In this document: positions 18,286-28,071 of the stretch, one piece after another
Layout of the letters: each line of letters starts with the position of its first letter
Position numbering within the stretch: position 1 is the first letter of the stretch
Assembly (NCBI GenBank): GCA_034659295.1
Contig: JAYEGX010000055.1
Location: forward strand, 9,726 to 73,725
Source of the DNA: Candidatus Altiarchaeota archaeon
GTDB lineage: Archaea > Altiarchaeota > Altiarchaeia > IMC4 > QMZM01
Reading direction: 5' to 3'
DNA length: 64,000 bases
Translations under genes and position numbers: made by a program
Notes under the pieces: generated by a model
The model's input: the letters and a program-made list of their open reading frames with translations, nothing else
What the model was told of the DNA's origin: nothing
Database searches by the model: none

Positions 18286-19145
18286 ATAACATCCTACAAA
18301 AAAGCATCCGAGAAACCTATCAGTTTGGTTTAAAGAAGAGTAGTATTTACTTTATGGGATTCCTGTTTTTTTTCGCCATATCCCTGTATCTCGTCCTGAT
18401 TACAGCAATAATGCAATATTTCTTTGACTTCCCCTTCAGATGGGATAGCTACTCGATAAATTATATAGTAGGTAAAGGCTGGATGCATATTTCTATGCTG
18501 TTTTTCATGATTTTCTTCAACACGATTATATTCTGCTTTATTGGTGCCTTTTTCACCCTATTATTTTTTCACTCAATAAAAAAAGACGGCTTAGCTGAGG
18601 ACATAAACAACTATCTCAAGTGGAAGAAACTCGCGGAATTCATATACGAGGAATACATAAAAATGCTGCTCTTATTTATTCCATTCACCCTGGTTTTCTT
18701 GATGGTTACCGTAATGTTAAGCCTGCCATCATTTCTACTTTGGGGGGTGTTAGCTCAATCCACCCAAGGAAACAACCTGGTGATTTTGTTTATTGTGGGC
18801 TTATTTGATTCCCTCATTCTATCAGGGATTTTCCTGAAGATAGGGTTTTCCTTTCCCATCATGGTTTACGAGAAAAGAGAGGTGATTGAATCCCTCAAGA
18901 GAAGCGAACGCCTTACCAAAGGCTTTTTTATAGAGATATGGACTACAATAGCATTCTTCATGTTCATTGTTTTCGTGGCTAATTTTCTGGTCAGCTATGT
19001 GGGTATACTCCTAGGATACATGACCCTTTTACAACTCCTATTTAATTCTATTTTGGTTGTGCCCCCTGGTTTCATACTCACAACCAGAATCTATCTAAAC
19101 CTGAAAGGGCTTGCATACAATAAAAATGCCCCACAAATGCGCTAG
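18282..19145 (+). CDS. Polytopic membrane protein (about 6 TM; GDPD membrane-domain/DUF7847-like) lying between oapB and oapC
   Basis: Multiple hydrophobic segments; P..V.E...VIESLKRS..LTKG motif. Confidence 0.65.
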   Translation: MNNILQKSIRETYQFGLKKSSIYFMGFLFFFAISLYLVLITAIMQYFFDFPFRWDSYSINYIVGKGWMHISMLFFMIFFNTIIFCFIGAFFTLLFFHSIKKDGLAEDINNYLKWKKLAEFIYEEYIKMLLLFIPFTLVFLMVTVMLSLPSFLLWGVLAQSTQGNNLVILFIVGLFDSLILSGIFLKIGFSFPIMVYEKREVIESLKRSERLTKGFFIEIWTTIAFFMFIVFVANFLVSYVGILLGYMTLLQLLFNSILVVPPGFILTTRIYLNLKGLAYNKNAPQMR

Positions 19146-19509
19146 ATGCAACATGATATATGAGGATAACGCAGAAGAACTATTGGATGGTTGTAGCTGC
19201 GGCTCCCGGGTTTTCCTGTACATCAGGGCGAAAGAGGATGAAAAGACCCATCAGGAGGTGATAGAAGAGCTGAAGAAGAAGAATCTTGCAGAGAATGACC
19301 TGGAGTGGATAGAAGATAGATTCAGTAAAGAGTTAGAGGGGGACGAGAAAACAATCAGTTTAGATGTGGAAAATCTAGCTCAACTGGATAAGGGAAAATA
19401 CAGGCTTGACCTGCCCTCTCTGATGAAAGGCGACCCCCTAGTAATAAAATCCAGAAAAGGCGTGTATTATATAGACATCGTACATGCTATGAAAAAAAAG
19501 AATCATTAG
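19126..19509 (+). CDS. oapC: DUF2072 zinc-ribbon protein OapC/ArvC
   Basis: MPHKCARC...LLDGCSCGSRVFLY; GKYRLDL, GVYYID. Confidence 0.85.
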   Translation: MPHKCARCNMIYEDNAEELLDGCSCGSRVFLYIRAKEDEKTHQEVIEELKKKNLAENDLEWIEDRFSKELEGDEKTISLDVENLAQLDKGKYRLDLPSLMKGDPLVIKSRKGVYYIDIVHAMKKKNH

Positions 19510-19657
19510 TTAATTATTTCTCCGAATGTAGAGTCCCATCCATAGTGTCACAGCCAACCCATCTATTAAAAAAGCTGAAGCAAGCGTTGAGATAAAGGAT
19601 GTTAGGAGTGAGGGGGATGGTGGAATATAAAGTTTTCCTTCAAATAGATTAAGTGAT

Positions 19658-20992
19658 ATGGCAATTCATCCAATAGAGTCTAGATACGGCAGAGCTGAGG
19701 TAAGAAGGATATTTGATGATGAAACAAAGCTTTCCCGGATGCTTGAAGTCGAATCCGCTCTTGCCCGGGCCCACGCCAAAGCAGGTAGTATCCCACAGGA
19801 TGCAGCGGATGAAATAACAAAAAAAGCAGACATTAGATACGTTAAATTGAAGAGGGTGAAGGATATTGAGGCAAAGATAGATCATGACGTGATGGCTATC
19901 GTCGAAGCTCTTTCTGAGCAGTGCGGTGATGCAGGGAAATACGTTCACCTGGGAGCGACAAGCAATGACATACAAGATACTGCGCTGGCTCTGCAGCTGA
20001 AGGAGTTTATCACCTACCTGAAGAAGGATCTACAGCAGCTTAGGAAGGTAATCATTAAACAGGCAAAGAGACATAAAAACACCGTAGCAATCGGTAGAAC
20101 CCATGGTCAGCACGCTATCCCAACAACCTACGGCCTGAAGTTCGCTATATATGCTGTGGAGATACAAAGGGGTATAGACCGAATAAGGGAGTGCGAGGAA
20201 AGAATCATTGTAGGACAATTGACTGGTGCAGTAGGTACGCAGGCTGCATTAGGGAGAAGGGGTGTTGAGCTGCAAAGGTATATGATGGAGGATCTGGGTT
20301 TAAAACCAGTTAAAGTTTCGAATCAGGTGATTCAAAGAGACAGGCATGCGGAATTCCTCCTTAATCTGGCTTTGATAGCTGAATCCCTGAACAAGATTAG
20401 CACCGAAATCAGAAATCTGCAGAGGACAGAGGTTGGTGAGGTGTCTGAGGGCTTCGGCAAGGATCAGGTCGGCTCCTCAACAATGCCCCATAAGATGAAC
20501 CCCATTTATGCTGAACGTATCTGTGGACTCAGCCGCGTCGTTAAGGCGAACGCGTTTACATCTCTGGACAATATCCCGTTGTGGCATGAGAGGGATCTGA
20601 CCAACTCCAGCTGTGAAAGGATTATTATTCCTGAATCCTGCATCCTTATAGATTACATCCTGAACCTGTCTATCGGATTGATAGATAATCTGGTTTTTAA
20701 CTACGACGCTATAGAGAGGAATCTTTCTTTGACTCAGGGCAGGGTTATGGCTGAGTCGGTTATGGTAGCTCTTGTGTCTAAGGGTTTAGGCCGGCAGGAG
20801 GCGCATGGGTTGACCAGAGACTGCGCCCTCGAAAGCCATCACAAAAAGATAGGGTTCAGGGAAACATTACTGGAGAACAAGGAAGTCAAGAAACTGCTGG
20901 ATGAGGGAGAGATAGACCAAGCCCTCGACCCCCACAGATATATCGGAACAGCAGTTGAACAAGTAGATAGGGTGGTAAAGGAACTGGAATGA
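19658..20992 (+). CDS. purB: Adenylosuccinate lyase
   Basis: HLGATSND, GRTHGQHA, GSSTMPHKMNP, WHERDLTNS. Confidence 0.97.
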   Translation: MAIHPIESRYGRAEVRRIFDDETKLSRMLEVESALARAHAKAGSIPQDAADEITKKADIRYVKLKRVKDIEAKIDHDVMAIVEALSEQCGDAGKYVHLGATSNDIQDTALALQLKEFITYLKKDLQQLRKVIIKQAKRHKNTVAIGRTHGQHAIPTTYGLKFAIYAVEIQRGIDRIRECEERIIVGQLTGAVGTQAALGRRGVELQRYMMEDLGLKPVKVSNQVIQRDRHAEFLLNLALIAESLNKISTEIRNLQRTEVGEVSEGFGKDQVGSSTMPHKMNPIYAERICGLSRVVKANAFTSLDNIPLWHERDLTNSSCERIIIPESCILIDYILNLSIGLIDNLVFNYDAIERNLSLTQGRVMAESVMVALVSKGLGRQEAHGLTRDCALESHHKKIGFRETLLENKEVKKLLDEGEIDQALDPHRYIGTAVEQVDRVVKELE

Positions 20993-21207
20993 AGATTAAG
21001 GCATGTAGTAGATGCGGTTCAAGAAAACTCACCCTAATGGAACTGTCCAGGGAAAAGGAATCATACCCCCACTCCGAATTAATGGATAATCTTGTGGCAG
21101 TGAGATACCTGTGCGGTGACTGTACATTAATAGATGAACCAGTAGTCTTCAACTCAGAGGAGGACTGGATGGGGTTTCTAAAGATAAGGAATCAATCAAG
21201 AATATAA
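20989..21207 (+). CDS. Small zinc-finger protein
   Basis: CSRCG...CGDC; start overlaps the purB stop. Confidence 0.6.
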   Translation: MKIKACSRCGSRKLTLMELSREKESYPHSELMDNLVAVRYLCGDCTLIDEPVVFNSEEDWMGFLKIRNQSRI

Positions 21208-22133
21208 ACCCTGTGATCCAGTTCTATTACCTTAACCTCATCACCCTGCTTCAACGTTCCCTTGGTATTTTCTAACTCCAGTGTTTTGTTATCCTCCAAG
21301 CTAAGCAACTGCAGGTCATGTGGGCTTACGGAGGTAACAATGCATCTCTTTACGTCAGAGGCCTTTGCAACAGGCGTAAGATCCGAGAGCTCAGTCAGAG
21401 GCAACGAAACATGTTTCCCGGAATCAGGATCCTTAAGCTTTACAGTACTACCTCTTTTAAGGACCTGCAGGAGTCTGTTATTGTATCTTATTAAGTCCCC
21501 CACCTCAAAGGATGGCTCCTTCACCGAGATAGAGGATCTGTAGACGTCTTTACCCTCCTTTTTACCCATCAGGGCGTAGGAGTCCCTCACCAGGAAACCC
21601 CTATCCCTTAACTCTTTCATCAGACGGCTTCCATATCCGGAGGATGTCAGATAAATGTCCACTCCACCCCTCACATTCTCCACCTTGGAAACCAGGGAGT
21701 GATTGATGCCCTCAAACAATTGCCGGGGATTTTTTACCCTAAGCTGTAGTATGGACTCATAGTATCCTGCAGAGATTCTACCGCAAAAGGAGCAGTTACC
21801 TCTTGTTAGGCCCATCTGCCCCGTTACTTCCTTCCTGAATTCCTCGCCCAGGTATTCCCCGGAAAACAATATCCTGAGTTCTATCTTGTTCCTTACCAGG
21901 GAAAACCCCTCAAGCCTTACATCAATCGTCTTGAGTTCCCCTGGAACAACAAGTTTATTCTTCACCACCCGGGATAGGACATCCTCCAAACTGCTTTCCC
22001 AGCTGTTCTTGTATCTGGTTCGGCCACAGTTACAAAGCAACAGCGACGTATGCTCTAGGTACAGTGGATTATCATCCAGATAGCAGTCAAGGCACAAGCC
22101 ATCCCCCTCCCTACCGCATTTTGGGCAAAACAT
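21192..22133 (-). CDS. nmd3: NMD3-family ribosome biogenesis protein
   Basis: FCPKCG..LCLDC, CSFC.RISAGYYESILQLR, GGVDIY. Confidence 0.9.
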   Translation of the reverse strand: MFCPKCGREGDGLCLDCYLDDNPLYLEHTSLLLCNCGRTRYKNSWESSLEDVLSRVVKNKLVVPGELKTIDVRLEGFSLVRNKIELRILFSGEYLGEEFRKEVTGQMGLTRGNCSFCGRISAGYYESILQLRVKNPRQLFEGINHSLVSKVENVRGGVDIYLTSSGYGSRLMKELRDRGFLVRDSYALMGKKEGKDVYRSSISVKEPSFEVGDLIRYNNRLLQVLKRGSTVKLKDPDSGKHVSLPLTELSDLTPVAKASDVKRCIVTSVSPHDLQLLSLEDNKTLELENTKGTLKQGDEVKVIELDHRVYILD

Positions 22134-22176
22134 TTTTTTCCCAGTAAGTCTTATATATTACATATTAGGATTTGAA

Positions 22177-22806
22177 ATGAAAATAAGATGGTTTGGACAC
22201 GCAAGCTTCTGCATAGAAACCGAAGGGAAAACAATCTACATAGACCCATATATCCTACCCAAAAAGCAGGTTAAGGCGGATATAATTCTGGTAACGCATG
22301 AACACTACGACCACTGTGAGATAAAAAACATCAGACGGCTGAGGAAACCCCATACGGCAGTGATAGCCAGCAGCGAAGCAGCGAAGAAAATAGGGGACTC
22401 AGCTATTGCCCGGGCAGGTGATTTAATAAACATCCGGGGGGTCTATATAACTGCAGTGAATGCCTACAACATAGATAAATATTTCCACAAGAAGGGTGAT
22501 GGACTTGGTTTTGTGATAGAATCAGATGGTAAAAGAATCTATCACTCAGGGGATACAGATCTAATACCTGAGATGAATGATCTGGAAAATATTGATGTTG
22601 CCTTAATGTCTGTTGGCGGAAAATACACCATGGACTACCTTGAGGCAGCTGAAGCAGTCAAGACCATAAAACCAAGGATAGCAATACCAATGCACTGGGG
22701 AAGTGTTGTCGGAGAAAAACAAGATGCTGAGGGATTCAAGAAAAAAGTTGAGGAAGAAACAGAAACCAGGGTTTATATCATGGAAAATGCCTGGTTATCT
22801 ATTTAA
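22177..22806 (+). CDS. MBL-fold metallo-hydrolase (UPF0173-like)
   Basis: WFGHASF, IDPY, THEHYDH, YHSGDT, IPMHWG. Confidence 0.9.
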   Translation: MKIRWFGHASFCIETEGKTIYIDPYILPKKQVKADIILVTHEHYDHCEIKNIRRLRKPHTAVIASSEAAKKIGDSAIARAGDLINIRGVYITAVNAYNIDKYFHKKGDGLGFVIESDGKRIYHSGDTDLIPEMNDLENIDVALMSVGGKYTMDYLEAAEAVKTIKPRIAIPMHWGSVVGEKQDAEGFKKKVEEETETRVYIMENAWLSI

Positions 22807-23475
22807 TACCCTGTATTTCAGCCGCAGCTCATCACAGTCCCTGTCCACGAAAAAGAGCTTCAGCTTCAGCACCCCATCTTCCATGAACCCGTCGCCGTCC
22901 ACGAGGGTGGGTGCGTTTTTGCCACCGAAAATCCGTGGTGCTACTGTGACATACATCTCATCAACCAAACCAGCCCTAAGGAAGCAGTAGTTTGTCTCCG
23001 CACCACCCTCAATCATCAATTTCCTGACTCCTAAATCATGCAGTGTTTCTGCAATAAAAAAAGGATCTATCTCATTATCTGCGCTCACGTAAACCTTCGC
23101 CATATTCCCGAGTTCATCAATCTTTAAGGTATCAGAGTGCATGGAGGCAAAAAAAACCTTCACAGCATTCCCGTAGTTAAGGAACTCAGAGTCCAGGTTA
23201 ACAGAATCTATTCTCCCAACCGCCACCTTCATGGGATTCTCGGATAAGCCCATCTCCAGTCTCTCCTCCCTCAGCCTCCCTGATTTAACAGTCAGCTTAG
23301 GGTCATCTGTCAAAAGCGTTTTCATCCCCACCAGCACAGCATCGGAGCCAGCCCTCAATTTGTCAACCACCTCCATGTCTTTCTGGCTGGAAATCCTCAC
23401 CTGCCTTCTCTCAAGGGTTGAAATCTTTCCGTCAACCGTCATAGCCGAGTTGATAAAGATGAAGGGCTTTTTCAT
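22795..23475 (-). CDS. arfC: 2,5-diamino-6-ribosylamino-4(3H)-pyrimidinone 5'-phosphate reductase (archaeal RibD_C)
   Basis: AMTVDGKI, LRAGSDAVLVG, DDPKLTV, MIEGGA, APRIFGG. Confidence 0.9.
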   Translation of the reverse strand: MKKPFIFINSAMTVDGKISTLERRQVRISSQKDMEVVDKLRAGSDAVLVGMKTLLTDDPKLTVKSGRLREERLEMGLSENPMKVAVGRIDSVNLDSEFLNYGNAVKVFFASMHSDTLKIDELGNMAKVYVSADNEIDPFFIAETLHDLGVRKLMIEGGAETNYCFLRAGLVDEMYVTVAPRIFGGKNAPTLVDGDGFMEDGVLKLKLFFVDRDCDELRLKYRVLNR

Positions 23476-23479
23476 TTAA

Positions 23480-24901
23480 CTACCCCTTAACCACCCCAAC
23501 AGGCTTCATTCTTGCAACAGCCCGGGATATCCCACTCAACTCCACGCTCTTTATAACCTCATCCACGTCCTTATAGGCCTTAGGAGCTTCTTCGGCCAGC
23601 ATCTTGGGATGGGTGGCTTTCACAAAAATACCCCGGGACTCCAGCTCCCTTTCCAGCTTGGATCCCTGGAAGGATTTAATTGCTTTACGTCTTGACATAA
23701 CCCTACCAGCACCGTGGCATGTGCTCCCGAAGGTTTCATCCAACCCTCGTTCTGTTCCAACAAGCACGTAGGATGCGGTTCCCATATCACCAGGGATAAG
23801 AACCGGATGCCCCACAGTCCGGTACACCTCAGGAATCTCTTTCCTGCCAGCGGGGAATGCTCTGGTAGCGCCTTTCCTGTGGACGCAGAGGTTTCTCTTT
23901 TCCCCATCCAGCATGTGTTCCTCGAACTTTGCGATGTTGTGGCAGACATCATAGGTTAATGGCATATCTATCTCTTGCCCGAATACCTTACGGAACGTCT
24001 GCCTGACCCAGTGAGCAATCACCTGCCTGTTGCAGAAGGCGTAATTGACGGCTGAATACATTGCACCAAAGTAATCCCTTGCCTCTCTTGATTCCAGCGG
24101 AGAGCAGGCCAGCTCCTTATCGGGTAATTTTATCCCGTATTTGCTAGCAGCCGGCAGCATTGTTTTTATGTAGTCGCTTGCTATCTGATGCCCGAAGCCG
24201 CGGGAGCCACAGTGTATCATAACAGTTACCTGCCCCTCCTCGACTATACCGAATTTGCGGGCTGCCTGCGGATCAAATATTTTGTCAACTGCCTGCACCT
24301 CAAGGAAATGGTTTCCTGCACCAAGAGTTCCCAGTTGATTCTTCCCCCGGGATTTAGCCCGAGCGCTTACCTTCGCCGGGCTGGCGCCCTCTATCGCACC
24401 GTATTCCTCCATGTGCTTGAGGTCTTCCTTTAGGCCAAGACCATTATCTATAGCCCATCCGGCGCCTGAAACAGCCACCTCGTCGAGCTCATTTATTGAC
24501 AGACGGAGACTGCTTTTACTTCCTACGCCCGATGGCACAGTATTGAACAGGGAGTCCACCAGATGCCTGAGCCTCGGTCTCAGCTCACTCTCTGACAAAT
24601 CAGTGGTTAACAAACGGATCCCACAATTGATATCATACCCCACACCACCCGGACTTACGACACCGGTTTCTGAGCTGAACGCTGCCACACCCCCTATGGG
24701 GAAACCGTACCCGTAGTGGCCGTCGGGCATTACCATAGCTGCTTTTTCTATGCCAGGTAATCTAGCAACATTCGATGCCTGCCTGAAGACCCCCTCCTCC
24801 ATAGCCCTGAACACCTTCTCGGTGGCGTAAACCCTGACCGGAACATTAAGTTCACTGCTACGATGCTCCCACACACCCTCCTTGATTTGCTTGAAGTCCA
24901 T
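23480..24901 (-). CDS. rtcB: tRNA-splicing ligase RtcB
   Basis: MPDGHYGYGFPIGG, GYDINCG, GNHFLE, HCGSRG, HNIAK, HRKGAT, HGAGR, YKDVDEV. Confidence 0.97.
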   Translation of the reverse strand: MDFKQIKEGVWEHRSSELNVPVRVYATEKVFRAMEEGVFRQASNVARLPGIEKAAMVMPDGHYGYGFPIGGVAAFSSETGVVSPGGVGYDINCGIRLLTTDLSESELRPRLRHLVDSLFNTVPSGVGSKSSLRLSINELDEVAVSGAGWAIDNGLGLKEDLKHMEEYGAIEGASPAKVSARAKSRGKNQLGTLGAGNHFLEVQAVDKIFDPQAARKFGIVEEGQVTVMIHCGSRGFGHQIASDYIKTMLPAASKYGIKLPDKELACSPLESREARDYFGAMYSAVNYAFCNRQVIAHWVRQTFRKVFGQEIDMPLTYDVCHNIAKFEEHMLDGEKRNLCVHRKGATRAFPAGRKEIPEVYRTVGHPVLIPGDMGTASYVLVGTERGLDETFGSTCHGAGRVMSRRKAIKSFQGSKLERELESRGIFVKATHPKMLAEEAPKAYKDVDEVIKSVELSGISRAVARMKPVGVVKG

Positions 24902-24931
24902 CCTTCCTTAATAAACAATGATTAGATTTAC

Positions 24932-25513
24932 TTAACCCAGATTCTTCCTCATTGAAGACTCCAGGTGCAAAAGCTTCTTTCTGCCCTTCCTGAAGCTCCT
25001 GTTGGAAAAATCAGTAATGTATTTCAGGTATCTCTCATCAACCAGAAGACATCCCTTTTCTGCTATGGGAGAGTCCAGCCTTTCGGTGTCGCATACCTCC
25101 ACCAGATAGCGTTCCTTTCTCAGGCCCTGGATGCCAACCCTCTTGTAGCCTGACTCTCTGGCAATGTATAGTATCTGCTTGGCTTTCTCTATTGTTTTCG
25201 CTGCGATATGGAGTATGGGAGACTCGTATTTAAACCGTACCATCCCCTCAGAGGGTACGTCCTGCAGGCAGTCGATTAATTCTTTAGGGGTTATCTCCCG
25301 GTGCCATTTACCCAGCCACCGGCTTTCCCGCTTAGACCCCAGGTCAAGCAACAAGGTTATCCTGCCAGAGCAACTGGAGGTGGTGTAGAAATCATCCAAT
25401 GAATTTATGTACTCGAGAAGGGGGATTATTTCCCCGTCCACATCCCCAAGGTTTCTGGCCTGATTGTAGCGCTCCACTGCGTTCCTTTTCTGGTTAACGA
25501 AACGCTTAGACAT
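24932..25513 (-). CDS. taw3: tRNA(Phe) wyosine N4-methyltransferase Taw3 (probable start MSKRFV)
   Basis: YTTSSCSGRI, WLGKWH, PILHI. Confidence 0.92.
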   Translation of the reverse strand: MSKRFVNQKRNAVERYNQARNLGDVDGEIIPLLEYINSLDDFYTTSSCSGRITLLLDLGSKRESRWLGKWHREITPKELIDCLQDVPSEGMVRFKYESPILHIAAKTIEKAKQILYIARESGYKRVGIQGLRKERYLVEVCDTERLDSPIAEKGCLLVDERYLKYITDFSNRSFRKGRKKLLHLESSMRKNLG

Positions 25514-26318
25514 TTCTGTTTTCTTTGTCCACAAGTTTGGTGGTTATCCCCACCAGAGGGTGTTGGGCGTAGTCCATCACCTCAATGTCATCTAGTGTGA
25601 TAAGGTTTTTTTCTCTAGCAGTTTTTTCCATCCTCAAATCCACCTCCGGCTCCATTTCCAGAATATGGGCCATCAACTCATCAATACCCTGCCTCAGAGC
25701 CGCCACCGCCCGGTGGTGTCCGTCAACCAAAACGAGATAGCTCTTCCTCCTCACAACGATTATGGGCTCTGCCAGCCCCTTCCTGAGCTCATACTCCCTG
25801 CCCTCCAGTTCATCAGCATAAATCTTGTTCTGGGTTGGATGTAGTTTATTAACCGGAACAAGACGTTTGCCTAACTCAACACGCACGCCATACTCGGTCT
25901 CGAGGAGATTTTTCACCATGTTAACCTTCCCGGGAGTTACTCTTTCTATGTGAGAACGCAATATATCCAGGGTGGAGATAATACCCACCAGCATCCCGTT
26001 CCCGTTCACCACAGGAAGCTTCCTGTATCCGTACCTGAAGAGTACCCTGCCAGCGTCACCTAAATCCAGCTCAGGCCTAGCAACCACCAGCTTTTTCTTC
26101 TTTTTAAGGATATCTTCCACCCGCTTGTCTTTTTCATCATAGCTTCTGAGGAGCTGTTTAGCGGTGAGGAAACCAATCAATTCATTATCCCGGACCACGG
26201 GGAAATTCTCGTGGGTGGATGAAATAAATTTTTCTATGGCCTCAGACACTGTTGAATCAGAGGTTATGTAATCCACCTCAGGGGTCATGTAGTCAGCTAC
26301 CTTAGGTTTCACAGACAT
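25506..26318 (-). CDS. CBS-pair + ParB/sulfiredoxin-domain protein
   Basis: Two CBS repeats (VADYMT..FPVV; LPVV..LVGIIS), then PTQ, EPIIV, LVDGHHRAVAA. Confidence 0.88.
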   Translation of the reverse strand: MSVKPKVADYMTPEVDYITSDSTVSEAIEKFISSTHENFPVVRDNELIGFLTAKQLLRSYDEKDKRVEDILKKKKKLVVARPELDLGDAGRVLFRYGYRKLPVVNGNGMLVGIISTLDILRSHIERVTPGKVNMVKNLLETEYGVRVELGKRLVPVNKLHPTQNKIYADELEGREYELRKGLAEPIIVVRRKSYLVLVDGHHRAVAALRQGIDELMAHILEMEPEVDLRMEKTAREKNLITLDDIEVMDYAQHPLVGITTKLVDKENRNV

Positions 26319-26364
26319 TGTAAATAATTATATGAAATACCCTATAAGTAAGGGGGAAATTAAA

Positions 26365-27087
26365 ATGAAAAACGATGTTAACCTGATACTCTTCGGGTTA
26401 GTGGTATTCCTATTGTTCAGTATGGTGGGGATAACATTATACTATCAAGAGACATACAAGTCCCTGGACGAAAGCCACTCTCAGGCTATGGGAAAAATCA
26501 GGGTGACAGAATGCCAGCTGAACGAAACCATCACCGAGGTGAATAAGAAAAGCGAGGCACTGGATGAAAGAGAGAGTGAGTTGACTGATATAATAAATGA
26601 ACTTAATTTGTCTAAAAAAAAGGTTTCCTCCCTGGGGGACTATTACGAAAACCTCAGGGGAGAGACGAAAACCCTTGAAAACCAGCTTGATTCAGCTGAA
26701 AGCAATAGAGACAGATACAAGCTGAACCTGGATGAAAAAACCAAGGAACTTGAGGTATGCGAGAAAGACAAGAAACTCCTCCAAAGTGAATTAAGTGATG
26801 CGGAGAATACGATAACTACAAGCAGGGGTAAGGTGGGGAATATGAGCTCAATCGTCTATACCCTAAGGTTAAATCTTAATGAGATCGAGTCAATAATCGA
26901 CGACGACATAAGAGACGATCTTGATGATATCAAGAAAGACATAGACGAGGGGGATGGTTGCAAGGAAAGTGATGTGGACAGCGCCATAGAATCCAATAAG
27001 GAGGTATATGACAAAATCGGGACAAGCAAAAATCTGCTTAGGATAATCAATACCATAACATCAAGACTTAACACCATCCTCAGTTAG
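26365..27087 (+). CDS. Membrane-anchored coiled-coil protein
   Basis: N-terminal TM (LILFGLVVFLLFSMVGITLYY) followed by E/K-rich heptads. Confidence 0.7.
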   Translation: MKNDVNLILFGLVVFLLFSMVGITLYYQETYKSLDESHSQAMGKIRVTECQLNETITEVNKKSEALDERESELTDIINELNLSKKKVSSLGDYYENLRGETKTLENQLDSAESNRDRYKLNLDEKTKELEVCEKDKKLLQSELSDAENTITTSRGKVGNMSSIVYTLRLNLNEIESIIDDDIRDDLDDIKKDIDEGDGCKESDVDSAIESNKEVYDKIGTSKNLLRIINTITSRLNTILS

Positions 27088-27090
27088 AAA

Positions 27091-28041
27091 ATGAAGGCTT
27101 TATTGATAAGGAAAATCAAGGACACCAGAAAAGAACACTGGAGGATTCGGCTTTTCATTGCCTTGATAAATGCCGTGATAGTATTCCTTCTGTCCGCCAT
27201 AATTCTTAGGTTTATAGAATCCAATATGCTGCTTGCCTTAGTTCCATCCATCATCTACATGGTCTATGAATTCTTCATCTCCAGCGCTGAAAGCGAGAGA
27301 GCCCTCATAGAACTGATTTCATCAAATAACCCCCATATGAGAGAGCAGATTAAAACAGCCTACGATAACAGAAAAGATACAGGGAGGAATATTGTTTTGT
27401 TGTCCCTGAGCAGGGAGGCATCCAGAATGATAGATCGGACAGGCGTATCATCCCTTATGGACAGCAACAAGATTGTGTTTAAAACAGTCTCGGCTGTTTT
27501 TTTATCATTTATCCTGTTGACTCTGAACTTTATGAGCCTTGATGTCTCGTCCATGAGCCACCTACTTGATAACGAAGAAATCAACCACCTGATTGACGGG
27601 ATAGAGGACTCCACAGGGTTTGACATGAGGGACGGTCTATCCGGCACGGGAGAAAAAAAAGAGTATGCGGCTGATGACAGATACGAAGACAGTCTGGAGA
27701 GACCGGACATCGGCTCCTCACATGGGGGTGTTATCCCGGGCTTTGACGAAGGAGAGATACCGGACTCAGGAGGAGGTGCAGGCTCCACAGCAGATGAGGA
27801 TATTTTCGGGGACCCATCCACTGCATCGATTGAGGGCCGCAACGTGGAGGTGAAACTCCACCCGGAATACGGTGGGAACATAGAGTTAAGGGACGTTAAT
27901 GATGAAGCAAGCGGGTGGGAGATTCCAGAGAAAACGTTGGAGGGGGAAGCCAGCGGGATGCCGGACCAGGATCCCGTGGAGTATGAAGAGTTCATAAAGA
28001 GATACTTTGAGGCCATGCAGCAGGAGGTTTCCAGACATTAA
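27091..28041 (+). CDS. Membrane protein with acidic C-terminal region, MoxR-operon associated
   Basis: 3 TM, EQIKTAYDN, DIFGDPS, EEFIKRYFE; precedes moxR. Confidence 0.65.
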   Translation: MKALLIRKIKDTRKEHWRIRLFIALINAVIVFLLSAIILRFIESNMLLALVPSIIYMVYEFFISSAESERALIELISSNNPHMREQIKTAYDNRKDTGRNIVLLSLSREASRMIDRTGVSSLMDSNKIVFKTVSAVFLSFILLTLNFMSLDVSSMSHLLDNEEINHLIDGIEDSTGFDMRDGLSGTGEKKEYAADDRYEDSLERPDIGSSHGGVIPGFDEGEIPDSGGGAGSTADEDIFGDPSTASIEGRNVEVKLHPEYGGNIELRDVNDEASGWEIPEKTLEGEASGMPDQDPVEYEEFIKRYFEAMQQEVSRH

Positions 28042-28071
28042 TATAGTTTAACTCAGATATAAAATTAAACC

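Noticed and set aside
19510..19657. Possible ncRNA between oapC and purB
   Set aside because: Only a weak CCATCC/GGATGG complementarity; no tRNA, SRP or C/D-box pattern recognised
17200..19660. Replication origin next to the oap genes
   Set aside because: No cdc6/orc1 and no clear ORB repeats in the flanking intergenic regions
27360..28016. 218-aa minus-strand Ser/Pro-rich ORF and similar shadow ORFs throughout the window (e.g. 58249..58866)
   Set aside because: Antisense to well-supported genes
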